DNA of 64,000 nucleotides from an uncultured delta proteobacterium (GTDB lineage: Bacteria; Desulfobacterota; BSN033; UBA1163): positions 128,001-192,000 of the forward strand of contig CAVPSJ010000013.1 of assembly GCA_963708295.1 (NCBI GenBank), given 5' to 3'. Of this stretch, positions 30,575-40,938 are shown piece by piece (positions within the stretch are counted from its first letter, which is position 1; each line of letters begins with the position of its first letter). The position numbers and the translations under genes are program-made. The notes under the pieces are model-generated. The model saw only the letters and a program-made list of their open reading frames with translations, was not told where the DNA came from and did no database searches.

Positions 30575-30964
30575 TCCGCCACAGAGGCACAGAGATCACG
30601 GAGGATTTAGTTTTTTATCCAATCGGGACATACCGATTGGATAAAAAGCCCATTTCTCAGGCTCTAATCCGCCACAAGGCGGCTGAGGCTTTTCCATTTG
30701 CCGTCGTCTCCCGGCAAATGGAAAAAACACCATTCCTCTGTATTACTGACGTGAAGAATTTTGAAATTTTATTAAGCAAAAACTTTTTCCTAACACTTTC
30801 CCCTCCCCCTTCGACGGGGGAGGGTGAGGGTGGGGGTGGACAAAATAGAAACCTTTGGTCCCCCCTCCCCATCATCCCCTCCCACGAAGGGGAGGGGAAA
30901 AAACTTTAGAAAGTTTTGTTTGGTTGCGGCTATGCTGCGCTGTGCCCTCTGTATCTCTGTGGTG
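30575..30964. repeat. Nested intergenic palindromic elements
   Basis: Outer arms cacagaggcacagag.. / ..ctctgtatctctgtggtg enclose a CCCTCCCC/GGGGAGGG double hairpin at about 30798-30898. Confidence 0.6.
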
Positions 30965-30974
30965 AGACCCGAAT

Positions 30975-32159
30975 TCATTTCATATTCCTCAGCACGAACT
31001 CCGTGATGTCCATGGCGCTGATGGGAATCTCTTTTCTTCGTGCCGTGGTTAAGATGGTCCGGACGCATTGCTGACAGGCTGTAATGACCGTATCCGCCCC
31101 CGTCGCCTGGATCTGGTTGATCTTCTCTTGGGCTAAGGCAGCTGAAAGTTCCGGGTCCACCATTTCCAGATTGCCCCCTCCACCACAGCATTTGCACTGT
31201 TCCCTGTTGTTTTCCATCTCAGTTAATTCCACACCGGGAATGGAGCGGAGAATCTCTCTCGGGGCTTCATAAACCCCGCTTGCCCTTCCCAAATCGCACG
31301 GATCATGGTAAGTCACTTTTATCTTCTTTTCCTTGAAAAGGATTTTTCCTTCGTCAATCAGTCTCTTGATAAATTGGGTGGAGTGGAAGATATCGACGTC
31401 GGTCTTGTATTCCTCCATCCAGGTATGGTAGCAGGAGGGACAAGCGAAGACCACTCTTTTCACGCCCTTTTCCTTCACCATCTCCAGATTATGCTCGATT
31501 AATACCTCTGCTTCCTTTTTCATCCCCGCGCCGATCAGGGGGAACCCGCAGCACCACTCCTCTCCACCCAGGAGCGTGAAATCCACTTTTGTTTTATTGA
31601 GGATTTCAACGAAGGCTAAGGGAATCTTCTGTACCAAGGGGAAGAAGGAGGCCACGCACCCCACAAAAAAAGCAGTCTCGGCCTTCTCTTTCTGATATTG
31701 GTGGGCAGGGAGTTCCTCCAGGAACTCCAGCCACTCTACCCTTTCTTCGTTTTCATCTCCGGAGACATTATGGGCCTTCAGGACATTTGCCTTCAGTCGT
31801 TTCGCTGCTTCTGGAAAATGGCCCATCTCTACCAAGGTCTCCCGAAGTGCGGTCCAGAGATGTTTGGCATCGATGGAAACCGGACAGCTTACGCTGCACT
31901 CCCCGCAGAGGGTGCATCGATAGACCATCTCTGAGAATTTCTTCAGTTTTTCCTCATCCAGCTTCTTCGGGCCGAAAATCTTGGCCCAGAGTCCGTACTG
32001 GCTTCGGATAAAAGCCTTGAAGGCCTGAATTTTCCCTCGAGGATCGATCTCCTCTTCACCCCTTTGAGCATACACCGGGCAGTACTTGAGGCATTCGCCG
32101 CACCGGGTGCAAGCATCAATCTCGACCAATTGTTTCGGAGAGAGGGCTGAAAGTTTCAT
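30975..32159 (-). CDS. HdrD/GlpC-like Fe-S oxidoreductase (2x[4Fe-4S] + 2 CCG domains)
   Basis: CTRCGECLKYCP, CTLCGECSVSCP, FVGC, WCCG, CPSC, YHDPC, KCCGGGG and CQQC. Confidence 0.9.
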   Translation of the reverse strand: MKLSALSPKQLVEIDACTRCGECLKYCPVYAQRGEEEIDPRGKIQAFKAFIRSQYGLWAKIFGPKKLDEEKLKKFSEMVYRCTLCGECSVSCPVSIDAKHLWTALRETLVEMGHFPEAAKRLKANVLKAHNVSGDENEERVEWLEFLEELPAHQYQKEKAETAFFVGCVASFFPLVQKIPLAFVEILNKTKVDFTLLGGEEWCCGFPLIGAGMKKEAEVLIEHNLEMVKEKGVKRVVFACPSCYHTWMEEYKTDVDIFHSTQFIKRLIDEGKILFKEKKIKVTYHDPCDLGRASGVYEAPREILRSIPGVELTEMENNREQCKCCGGGGNLEMVDPELSAALAQEKINQIQATGADTVITACQQCVRTILTTARRKEIPISAMDITEFVLRNMK

Positions 32160-32244
32160 GGAAAAATGATCCTGATTACAGCGATTTTGAATTCGAGATT
32201 ACACCGATTGACCCGCACCTGACAACACGAACCTTAGAGGGTCT

Positions 32245-32352
32245 GTCATTCCGGGCTTGACTAAGCCTGCCCCGTGCTTGACACGGGGGAATCCAGTCTT
32301 TTCCTGGATTCCTGCTGGAGTTTACCCCGTTGAAGAACGGGGCAGGAATGAC
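32245..32352. repeat. REP-like palindrome (GTCATTCC...GGAATGAC)
   Basis: Terminal tgtcattcc / ggaatgac with internal hairpins. Related short copies 'tgtcat(c/g)ctgaactcgtttcag(g/c)atct' occur at about 45456 and 60464. Confidence 0.6.
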
Positions 32353-32370
32353 GTGGTGGAATCGATTTAT

Positions 32371-32793
32371 CTATTTCTTACCGTGCTCGGCTATTTCCGC
32401 TTTGAGCCATTCCTGGAGGGTAGCGGGATCGGTCATAAGGTTCTTGAGCTCATCCAGGTTATCGGGTTTGATTTTAAACATCCACCCTTTGCCGTAGCAT
32501 TCCTCGTTGATCAACTTCGCTTTCTTTTCTAATTCTTCGTTCACTGCCACCAACTCACCGCTTACGACTGCAAACACTTTTCCGAGCCACTTTCCTGACT
32601 CAACCTTAGTAAAATTCTTTCCCTGGATGAGCTTTTTCCCCTCGGGAGGAAGACCGACGTAGACAATGCTGCCCGCCATCTTCTGGGCATAATCAGTCAT
32701 TCCCATGACCACCTGATCCCCTTCCACGCGAGCCCAAAAATGATTCTTGTCATAATAAAGTCCTTCCGGAAATTCATATCCCTCGATATTCAT
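32371..32793 (-). CDS. gcvH: Glycine cleavage H-like lipoate-binding protein (LbpA type)
   Basis: GcvH-fold motifs 'LYY..HFW', 'GMTDYAQ' and 'YGKGW'. Lipoyl Lys lies in 'VESGKW'. No gcvP/gcvT in the window. Confidence 0.88.
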   Translation of the reverse strand: MNIEGYEFPEGLYYDKNHFWARVEGDQVVMGMTDYAQKMAGSIVYVGLPPEGKKLIQGKNFTKVESGKWLGKVFAVVSGELVAVNEELEKKAKLINEECYGKGWMFKIKPDNLDELKNLMTDPATLQEWLKAEIAEHGKK

Positions 32794-32817
32794 TCTCGCA
32801 TCCCCTCCTCAATAAGA

Positions 32818-32962
32818 ATTGGAATACTGGAGAATTGGAGTAGTGGAGTAATGGCCTTAAATGGAATAATAACCCATCTCAAAACACCAAGAACCTTTGA
32901 CTATCTGACAAGTATTTCTTGTTTTTTTCCTGACCCAACACTCCATTACTCCATCACTCCAT
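32818..32962. repeat. 8-nt periodic inverted repeat (TGGAGTAN / NTACTCCA)
   Basis: tggagaat tggagtag tggagtaa ... cactccat tactccat cactccat; same family as 48402-48479. Confidence 0.7.
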
Positions 32963-32971
32963 GCTATTTGG

Positions 32972-34078
32972 CTATGCTGCTTCCTTTTTGCTTCGCTCCT
33001 GGTAAAGCTGGGCGATGAACTCCGTAATGTTGTAGATTTCAATCTTCTGTTTCCGAAGTTTGGCATTTCTGAAATTGTGCAGGCAGGAGGGACATTCCGT
33101 GAGCAAAATCTCAGCTCCTGTCTCTTCGATGATTTGGCTTAGCCGATTTCTTGAAATTTCAATGGAGTCCTCAGGAAAAGACCCGCGGAGTCCACCCCCC
33201 GAGCCACAGCACATGGCATTCTCCCTGGTCCGTCTCGGCTCCACAAAATTGGGCGCAATCTTTCGGATGATCTCCCTCGGCTCATCATAGATCCCGGCAT
33301 GGCGGCCGAGATCGCAAGGATCGTGGTAAGTCACCTTTTTCTTCGTTTTTACTCCGAAGTCCAAGTCTTTCAGGAATTGAGTGATATGTTTGACCTCCAG
33401 CCCTAAGTTTTTGTAGGAAGGATGTTCTTTGAACACCCGGTAACAGTAGGGGCAGGTCGTGATCAGTGTTTTGGCGCCGGTTGTCTGAAGCTCTCGAAGA
33501 TTTTGCCGGGCCAAATCCTCCTTGATTTTGTAACCCACATCCTCCATCACACCACTGCAGCAGACCTCATCAATCATGGTAAAGTCAACCTTTAAAAGAT
33601 CAAGAAGCCGGATGGATTCCTGAACGCTTTCTTCTTCCCGGTAAGCTCCCACACAGCCCACAAAAAGGACGTAACGGGCACTTGCCTTTTTGTGTCCCCA
33701 GTCATGCCGTTCTTCTTCCCCGTAGATATTTCCATATTTCTCAACAACCTCGCCCATTTTCTTGAAGAGGTTGTCAAAACCCATCTCCACCATATCTTTT
33801 CGTGCTGCCTTGATGACCTCCTGGGGATCTGCGCCGGAGGGGCAGCTTACCGTGCAGTTCATGCAGGTGGTGCAGCGAAGGAGGGCCTGAGCCACCCCCT
33901 CGGTCACGGGGAGTTTTCCCTCCATGACCTCTTTCATGAGGATCATTTTCCCGCGGGCATTCGTAATGGGCCTTTTGGTTAAGTCGAAGATAGGGCAGAC
34001 TGCCCGGCAAAAGCCGCAGCGGGAACACTGGGTTATTGCCTTGCGCCGTTTTTCATCGAACTGAAGTTGGCTGGTCAT
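32972..34078 (-). CDS. HdrD/GlcF-like Fe-S oxidoreductase (2x[4Fe-4S] + 2 CCG domains)
   Basis: CSRCGFCRAVCP, CTTCMNCTVSCP, FVGC, VCCSG, CPYC, YHDPC, MCCGSGG and CPSC. Confidence 0.9.
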   Translation of the reverse strand: MTSQLQFDEKRRKAITQCSRCGFCRAVCPIFDLTKRPITNARGKMILMKEVMEGKLPVTEGVAQALLRCTTCMNCTVSCPSGADPQEVIKAARKDMVEMGFDNLFKKMGEVVEKYGNIYGEEERHDWGHKKASARYVLFVGCVGAYREEESVQESIRLLDLLKVDFTMIDEVCCSGVMEDVGYKIKEDLARQNLRELQTTGAKTLITTCPYCYRVFKEHPSYKNLGLEVKHITQFLKDLDFGVKTKKKVTYHDPCDLGRHAGIYDEPREIIRKIAPNFVEPRRTRENAMCCGSGGGLRGSFPEDSIEISRNRLSQIIEETGAEILLTECPSCLHNFRNAKLRKQKIEIYNITEFIAQLYQERSKKEAA

Positions 34079-34168
34079 TATATCACCTGATCGGACCCCC
34101 TCACCTCACTCTCTCCCCTGGGGGAGAGGGAAAGGGGCTTTCTGCCATCAGCTATCAGCTATTGGCCA

Positions 34169-35542
34169 TTAGCCATCCAGAGCTCTTTTCCCTGGATTCA
34201 TGATGTTATTCGGGTCTAATGTTCTTTTGATCTGCCTCATTACTGCCATCTCTACTGAATCATGTTCCAATGTCATATAGTTTGCCTTTGAGAGGCCGAT
34301 GCCGTGCTCACCCGACAGGGTTCCTTTGAGAGAGATGGCGAGACGAAAGATTTCTTCCTCGACTTTTTCCGTCCTCTCCACTTGCTCCGGGTCGGATTCA
34401 TCGTAAAGGATTTGTGGATGAAGGTTTCCGTCACCGGCATGGCCATAGGTCGCTACCACCAGACCGTGTCTTTGAGCAATCGCTTGGATTCCCACGAGGA
34501 GATCGGGTATTCTGGAGATCGGAACGGTGACATCGTCCAGGACAAAGCTCTTGCTGACCCGGGCAAGGGTTGCATAGGCGGATTTACGGGCTTTCCAGAG
34601 GCCCAGGCGTTCTTTTTCGTCTTTTGCTGTCTTGACCAGGCTGGGGTGATTCTGATTGAGTATGCGGAGAACCACTTCCATCTGGGCCTCTACTTCCTCC
34701 CAAGTATAGCCATCCGTCTCCGTCAAAATCATAGCTTCGGCCTCAGGGAGATCGAGATCCGTATTCTCTTTGATGGATTTGAGGGTTACTTTATCCAATA
34801 TTTCCATCACGCTTGGCAAAACACCACTGGTCATGGTTTGGAAGATCGCTTTTCCCGCGTCCTCCAATTTGGCATAAGTGGCCATCGCAGTCATGGCATG
34901 ACGGGGGAGGGGATTGATTTTTAACGTGACCTCCGTGATCACCCCCAGCGTCCCCTCCGCCCCGATAAAGAGCTTGGCCAGATCATAACCGGAAACGCAT
35001 TTCATGGTGTAGGAGCCCGTGTGCATTACCTCTCCCGTTGGTAAAACGACTTGAAGGCCGAGGACATAGTCCCGGGTGGTGCCGTATTTGGCTCCCTTGA
35101 TTCCACCGGCGTTGGTGGCCACGTTTCCTCCAATGGTGGCAACGGTGCTGCTCGCCGGGTCTGGAGGGAAAGTAAAACCATGTTTTGCCAATTGTCGATT
35201 GAGATCGTCGCAGACCACACCGGCTTGAACACGGGCGTAACGATTCTCAATGCTTATTTCAAGAATTCGGTTCATCCTTGAGAGGTCGACGATGATTCCA
35301 CCCTGGACGGAAACGGCTCCTCCGCTGAGACTTGTCCCTGCTCCTCGAGGAACAACGGGAATTTTATATTGATTGGCAAACTTGACAATTTCAGCGATCT
35401 GTTCGGTTGACTCAGGCCAGACTGCCGCATCGGGCCGATGGACATTCATCGATGCGTCATAACTATAGGGAACCAACTCCTCCAGTTGATCGGTGAAATG
35501 ATCAGCCCCAACGATCTCAATCAGTTTTTCTTTTGTTGACAT
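34169..35542 (-). CDS. glcD: FAD-linked 2-hydroxyacid dehydrogenase, GlcD / D-lactate dehydrogenase family
   Basis: Motifs PRGAGTSLSGG, FPPDPAS, GGNVATNAGG, GHAGDGNLH and SGEHGIG. Confidence 0.88.
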   Translation of the reverse strand: MSTKEKLIEIVGADHFTDQLEELVPYSYDASMNVHRPDAAVWPESTEQIAEIVKFANQYKIPVVPRGAGTSLSGGAVSVQGGIIVDLSRMNRILEISIENRYARVQAGVVCDDLNRQLAKHGFTFPPDPASSTVATIGGNVATNAGGIKGAKYGTTRDYVLGLQVVLPTGEVMHTGSYTMKCVSGYDLAKLFIGAEGTLGVITEVTLKINPLPRHAMTAMATYAKLEDAGKAIFQTMTSGVLPSVMEILDKVTLKSIKENTDLDLPEAEAMILTETDGYTWEEVEAQMEVVLRILNQNHPSLVKTAKDEKERLGLWKARKSAYATLARVSKSFVLDDVTVPISRIPDLLVGIQAIAQRHGLVVATYGHAGDGNLHPQILYDESDPEQVERTEKVEEEIFRLAISLKGTLSGEHGIGLSKANYMTLEHDSVEMAVMRQIKRTLDPNNIMNPGKRALDG

Positions 35543-35620
35543 TCCTTACGGACTCCTTTTTCATGCTTCACATTTTAGTATAACTCCCTGGTAAAGATCC
35601 CTTCAATGATTTCCTCATTT

Positions 35621-36319
35621 TTATTCTTTTGGATGCTTAGAGGCCTTTACCTCCAGCTCGACGAAATTCAGGTGTTCGAGAATCCTTTCTCTGGCTTTTT
35701 CAGGAGAATGGTTCTTGATCGCCATGAATATTCGATGATGGTGGCCGAGCAGTTTCTTCACTTTCGATCGGCCCTTGAAAACCCTTGCCACAGATTCCCT
35801 GAGGAGATCATAGATGGTGGACATCACATGGGTTTGGATGGTGTTATGAGTTGCCTGGGCAATCCCTAGATGAAAGTCGGCATCTTGCTTCTCCCAGGAT
35901 CGTCCCTGCTCAAAGGCTTTTTTCATCGCCTCAAGGATGTTCTCCAATCGGTTGATGTCTTCTTCGGTGGCCCTCTGAGCAGCAAGAAAAGCACCCCAGG
36001 CCTCTAAAGCTTTTCTGACCTCGATCAGGTCGAAGATCTTCTGGGTATCCGCCTTGATGAGCAAAAAGAGAGGATTCTGGACACTGTCTGAAGCAACAGA
36101 TTTGATGACGGTCCTTCTGCCTTTTACCTCCAAAAAGCCCATGGCGACCAGGGAATTGAGAGCTTCTCTGAGAGAAGGGCGGCTGACGCCAAATTCTTTG
36201 ATCAGTTCCCGTTCCGGGGGCAACCTGTCCCCCGGCTTCAGTCTCCCTTCACTGATGAGCGTTTTGATCTGATTCGCAATTTCGTCAGAGACCCGAGTAT
36301 GTTTGATGGATTTGAACAT
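35621..36319 (-). CDS. FadR/GntR family transcriptional regulator (LldR/GlcC/PdhR-like)
   Basis: wHTH 'PGDRLPPEREL..FGVSRPSLREAL' and FCD domain 'DADFH..HH.I..H'. Start could be 36319 or 36331. Confidence 0.92.
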   Translation of the reverse strand: MFKSIKHTRVSDEIANQIKTLISEGRLKPGDRLPPERELIKEFGVSRPSLREALNSLVAMGFLEVKGRRTVIKSVASDSVQNPLFLLIKADTQKIFDLIEVRKALEAWGAFLAAQRATEEDINRLENILEAMKKAFEQGRSWEKQDADFHLGIAQATHNTIQTHVMSTIYDLLRESVARVFKGRSKVKKLLGHHHRIFMAIKNHSPEKARERILEHLNFVELEVKASKHPKE

Positions 36320-36335
36320 GGCCGGACTCATTGTC

Positions 36336-36377
36336 AAATGGTCTTACCTTTTTAAATTAAACCCTCTTTATTGTCAA
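36336..36377 (-). promoter_or_regulatory. Sigma70 promoter with an overlapping FadR-type operator (autoregulation)
   Basis: Minus strand TTGACA-N17-TAAAAA. Operator AAATGGTCTTACCTTTT at 36336-36352 resembles the TGGTnnnACCA FadR-subfamily palindrome. Confidence 0.6.
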
Positions 36378-36540
36378 GATGAAAAAAACGGTGCCCTTCA
36401 AAAGGACTTTACCGCATTTCAAGGTAGTTATTTCCAGAAGGTTTGCAGCTGAGGTGAAGGATTTTGAGGGGGCAGTGAAATGATGCAAGAAAGAAGGAAG
36501 TCAAGAACCAAGGTCATGAGGGGTCTGCCTCTCCAATCCG

Positions 36541-37035
36541 TCACATTTCATCCCAGATGGATATTTTTTCAGAGATCAGAGGGACAATAAAAACCGGTTT
36601 TCGCGCCCGAGCCAGTACGGAACCCGACACACTTCCAAGAAATGTTTGCCGAAGGAAGCCTTTCCCGTGACTTCCGAGAACAATCAAATCACATCTCTCT
36701 TCATCTGCGGCTTTCAGGATTTCTTCGGGAGGATATCCTATCTGTACAAGGATCTTGGTTACGAGATTGAGGCAAGCTAAATTGCTTAGTTCGTCGACTT
36801 TTTCACAGAACTTTCGGATACGGTTTTTGATCACCTCCATGGATATCTCATGCTGGCTGTGCTCCGCTTTGTCCGTGGCGGTTCCAAATGCACTTGCGCG
36901 CAAAGGTTCGATCGTGTGCAAAATGAGGATCTCTGCGTCATGCTTCTTCGCCATATCGACCGCGTAGTAAAAGGCATAAGCAGAGTTTTTACTGAGATCC
37001 GTAGCATAAAGAATCTTTTTGATTTTCGGGATCAT
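36541..37035 (-). CDS. Universal stress protein
   Basis: Motifs 'KKILYATDLS' and 'DLIVLGSHG..FLGSVS..V...PV'. Confidence 0.92.
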   Translation of the reverse strand: MIPKIKKILYATDLSKNSAYAFYYAVDMAKKHDAEILILHTIEPLRASAFGTATDKAEHSQHEISMEVIKNRIRKFCEKVDELSNLACLNLVTKILVQIGYPPEEILKAADEERCDLIVLGSHGKGFLRQTFLGSVSGSVLARARKPVFIVPLISEKISIWDEM

Positions 37036-37285
37036 TTTTGTCCTCCGTCCTCATTTGGGGATACTTTTATAGATACTAAATTATCGTCTTTTGGTCAAGC
37101 TTCCTGTGCTGTAAAACTTTAGCAGTATAAGAAAGGCCCATAACAAAAACCCTAAATCCTCCTCACTTCCCCTTACGAAAGGGGGAAGAATATCTCCTCC
37201 CTTTTACAAAGGGAGGTTGGGAAGGATTTTACGGAGATGATTTTAAACCGCTTACCGTCATGCAAGGAAAGTCTCGAAACCAATC

Positions 37286-38253
37286 TTAAAGCGGATTAAG
37301 GAGGTTTGGAGGATTGCCGCTGGTAAAGGCAGCGACCAGGTTTTGGGCCGCTAACATCGCCATCCTGAGACGTGTCGCCCGGGACGAACTGGCAATGTGG
37401 GGCGCCAGAACGACATTCTTCAATTCAAGAAACCCCGGGTTCAGTTTCGGCTCATTCTCGAACACATCAAGACCTGCACCGGCAATGGTTCCCGAATGGA
37501 GCGCAGCGATCAACGCTGCCGTCGTCTACCACGCCGCCACGGGAGGCGTTGATCAGAATCGCCGTGGGCTTCATCCGTTTAAGTTCCGGTTTCCCCGATG
37601 AGGTGGTGGGTGGCAGAGGAATAGGGGACATGGATGGTCACAATGTCAGCCCGCGCCAGCAACTCATCCTTGTTCACGAAACTTGCCCGGCATGCCTGTT
37701 CAATCTCTGAGGCAGCTCGCCTGACATCGTGATAGATCACCTTCATCTCAAAGCCGATGGCACGCCGCGCCACCACCTGGCCGATGCGCCCCAGGCCGAA
37801 GATGCCCAGCGTCGCGTGGTGGACATCAAGGCCGAGAAACTGCTTCAGCTTCCAGCCGTCCCACTCGCCTTTGCGTACGTAGGCCTCTGCTTCAGTCAAT
37901 CGCCGCGCTGTGGCAAGAATCAGCGCCCAGGTGAAATCTCCGGTGGTATCGTCCAGCACCCCAGGGGTGTTGGTGGCCATGACCTTTGCTTTGGTGCATG
38001 CTTCAAGGTCAATGTTATTATAACCGACGGCGATATTGCACACTGCTTTTAAGTTCGGACACCGCGCTAATAAGGCGGTGTCAATTCTATCCGTCAGGGT
38101 GATCATGGCGCCCTGCTTGTCAGAGAGCTTCGTCGCCAGGGTTTCCGGATCCATCGGTATATCTGACTGATTCGATGTCACCTCAAAATATTGAGACAGA
38201 TATTCCAGAACCTCATCAAAAACTTCCCGGGTCACCAGTACTTTCGGTTTCAT
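37286..38253 (-). CDS. D-2-hydroxyacid dehydrogenase (glyoxylate/hydroxypyruvate reductase), split by two +1 frameshifts
   Basis: [15 protein letters not shown] and GLGRIG. Removing one G at about 37593 and one at about 37519 restores '[33 protein letters not shown]'. Confidence 0.85.
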
Positions 38254-38420
38254 GGTCTTATTCCCCCATGTCTATGATACAGGCATTCGCTGCCCCGATC
38301 ACGATTCCCTGGACTGCTCTCTTCTCACCAAGAAGAGAGCGGCGACGATAAAAAAACTCCCCGGAAGCCGCACGCAAAAAGCGAACAAGTATCCGGTCAT
38401 GATGCCGTCACTTCAGTGGT

Positions 38421-38615
38421 CTAATCAACCTTGGGAGCCTTTTTGACCCGGCGGTCTTTTGTAAGAATCTGCCCTTCAGCGAAGAGAAACACGACGCCGA
38501 TAAGACAGACAAAGCTGCCGGCTAACGCAAGGATAATTTGGACGAATGTCGGTGGTTCATAAATACTTATAAGACATAACACCGTAACTGCAACAATTAT
38601 GGTAGCGAGCTCCAC
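38421..38615 (-). CDS. Small hypothetical two-TM membrane protein
   Basis: 64-aa ORF with two hydrophobic segments; no family recognised. Confidence 0.4.
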   Translation of the reverse strand: MELATIIVAVTVLCLISIYEPPTFVQIILALAGSFVCLIGVVFLFAEGQILTKDRRVKKAPKVD

Positions 38616-38727
38616 CCAGCTTTTCCCACATATTTAACCTCCCTGCATACGTGATTCAGAAAATTGAGCTAATCTGCTCCGACGACGGGCGCGGAGCATT
38701 TGTTTCAACATCTTCAGTTTGCTCGGA

Positions 38728-38913
38728 TCAACCCTTAGCGGACGGATTATTATCCGCTGCTTTCCCGAAGCGCACGATGCCGTAAAGCATGAGACAGCCC
38801 ACGGCTATCACAAGACAAAAAATGACCATGGCATGCACGGGCAGTTTGGTGATCAACGACCACAGAATGAAATTACCAACGACGACGCCGGTCACTAACA
38901 AAAAATGTCGCAT
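38728..38913 (-). CDS. Small hypothetical two-TM membrane protein
   Basis: AGGAGG RBS, ATG start and two hydrophobic helices. Confidence 0.55.
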   Translation of the reverse strand: MRHFLLVTGVVVGNFILWSLITKLPVHAMVIFCLVIAVGCLMLYGIVRFGKAADNNPSAKG

Positions 38914-38999
38914 CTTTCTCCTCCTGATGTAGGTTTTCGTGAATCAGGCAATTACACCCCCGCTGGACGCTGAGATCCCGGCGCAGAAGCCTGCTGTCA

Positions 39000-40938
39000 T
39001 CACTTGTACACCAAGCCCGGCACCCACAGACCGATCTGCGGGAAGAGGTAGAGCAACAGTATCGCCAAACACTGGATCACCATGAACGGCAACATCCCGA
39101 TGAAGATCTGGTTGAGCGTCACATGGGGCGGCGCCACGCCCTTCAGGTAGAAGGCGGCCATCGCCACCGGCGGCGAGAGGAACGCCGTCTGGAGGTTCAG
39201 GGCCACCAGCAAACCGAAGAAGAGCGGATCGATCTTGAAGTGCGCCAGGAGCGGGATGAAGATCGGCATGAAGATGACGATGATCTCGGTCCATTCCAGC
39301 GGCCAGCCCAGAAGGAAGATGATCACCTGCGCCAGGAGCATGAACTGGGTCGGCGTCATGTCCATCGATTTCACCCACTCGTTGATAATCTCCTGACCGC
39401 CGAGGAGGGCGAAGGCCGCCGCGAAGATGCTCGAGCCGACGAAGAGCCAGCATACCATCGCCGAGGTCTTGGCGGTAAGGAAGACCGATTCCTTGACGAC
39501 GGTGAAATTGAGCTGTTTGTACGCGGCCGCCAGGACAAACCCCCCGAAGGACCCCATCGCCGCCGCCTCGGTCGGGGTCGCGAGCCCCACGACGATCGTC
39601 CCGAGGACCCCGAGGATGATCAGGGCCAGCGGGAAGAACGATCCGAGGAGCATCTTGAAGATCTCGAGACGTGCAAAGGTGAAGATCGCATAGAAGATGA
39701 CGATCCCCGCCGCGAAGACGCCGAAGGTGATCCAGAAGACCAGCGGGGCGGGATGGCGTCCGGGTGCGGCTGGTACCACGGGTGTCGCCGGCTTTACCTC
39801 GGCGGGCGGCTTTGGGGCCTCGGCCGGTGCGGCCGGGGCGACCTGCGCCGTCTGACCGGGTTCTGCCGGGGGTTCCTGCAAGCCACCCTCGGCTTGCGGT
39901 TCCTGGAGACTCCCCGTGTCGGTCGAGACTTCCGTGGGTCTCCGTCGACTCCATACCCATCGTCTGAGCGCCCGACGTATCCACAAGCGAAGGTGCCGTC
40001 GTCCAGAGGTAGACAATCAGAACGAGGAGAGAGGCCGCCACCAGGGGAAGTATGGCGATCACCAGGTGGGTGAGGAGCGTCTTCATCGGGACGTCGGCGT
40101 TCCGCTTCCCCTTGATCGCACCGATCAGCCCGACCATGACGTTGTTGGATTTCTTCGAGATCACCTCCGCGAACTTGGGCAGCTCGACGCGCTGCTCCTC
40201 CTCGGAGAGCGGCGGGGCGGTTTTCGGATTGAGCTTTGCGGAGATGATGATGTAGCCGAGATAGAGGCCGGTCAGCATGAAGCCGGGTAAAAACGCCCCG
40301 GCGTAAAGCTGGACGACCGAGACGCCCGCGGTCGCGCCGTAGAGGATCAAAAGGACCGAAGGCGGGATCAGGATGCCGAGGGTTCCCCCCGCGGTCACGA
40401 CCCCCGCCGAGAGGCGGGTGCTGTATCCGGCCTTGAGCATCGCCGGAAAGGCGAGAAGGCCCATGAGCGTCACGCACGCCCCGATGATGCCGGTGGCGGT
40501 GGCGAAGATCGCGCAGGTGATGACCGTCGCGACGGCGAGCGACCCGGGGATCCGGGAGGTCGCCAGGTGGAGACTCTTGAAGAGCCTGCCGATCAGGTTG
40601 GCCCGTTCGACGAGGTACCCCATGAAGACGAACAGCGGTATCGAGATCAGTACGTCGTTGTTCATGACGGCATAGGCCCGCTGCGACACCAGATCGAACG
40701 TGTGGGCCACCGCCGTATTCGGGTTTTGGCTGTAATAGGAGAAAAAGGCGAACATCGTTCCCATCCCCATGAGGGTGAAGGCGGTGGGAAAGCCGAGCAT
40801 GATCGCGATGACGATCATCGCGAGCATCAGGAGGCCCAGGTGACCGGTCGTCCACTGTGACAGCGGGGGCATCGCCCAGAACACACCGATCACCACCAGC
40901 GCCATGATCGATATTCCAAACCAGGCTTCTTTTCTCAT
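39000..40938 (-). CDS. dctM: TRAP transporter large permease, split by one +1 frameshift
   Basis: 'IPLFVFMG', 'GGTLGILIPPS', 'TPTEAAA' and 'NLQTAFLSPP'. Removing one base at about 39937 joins the two ORF halves. Confidence 0.88.

Noticed and set aside
32371-32793. Canonical glycine cleavage system
   Set aside because: No gcvP/gcvT/lpd in the window; the VESGKW motif and context point to an LbpA-type role.
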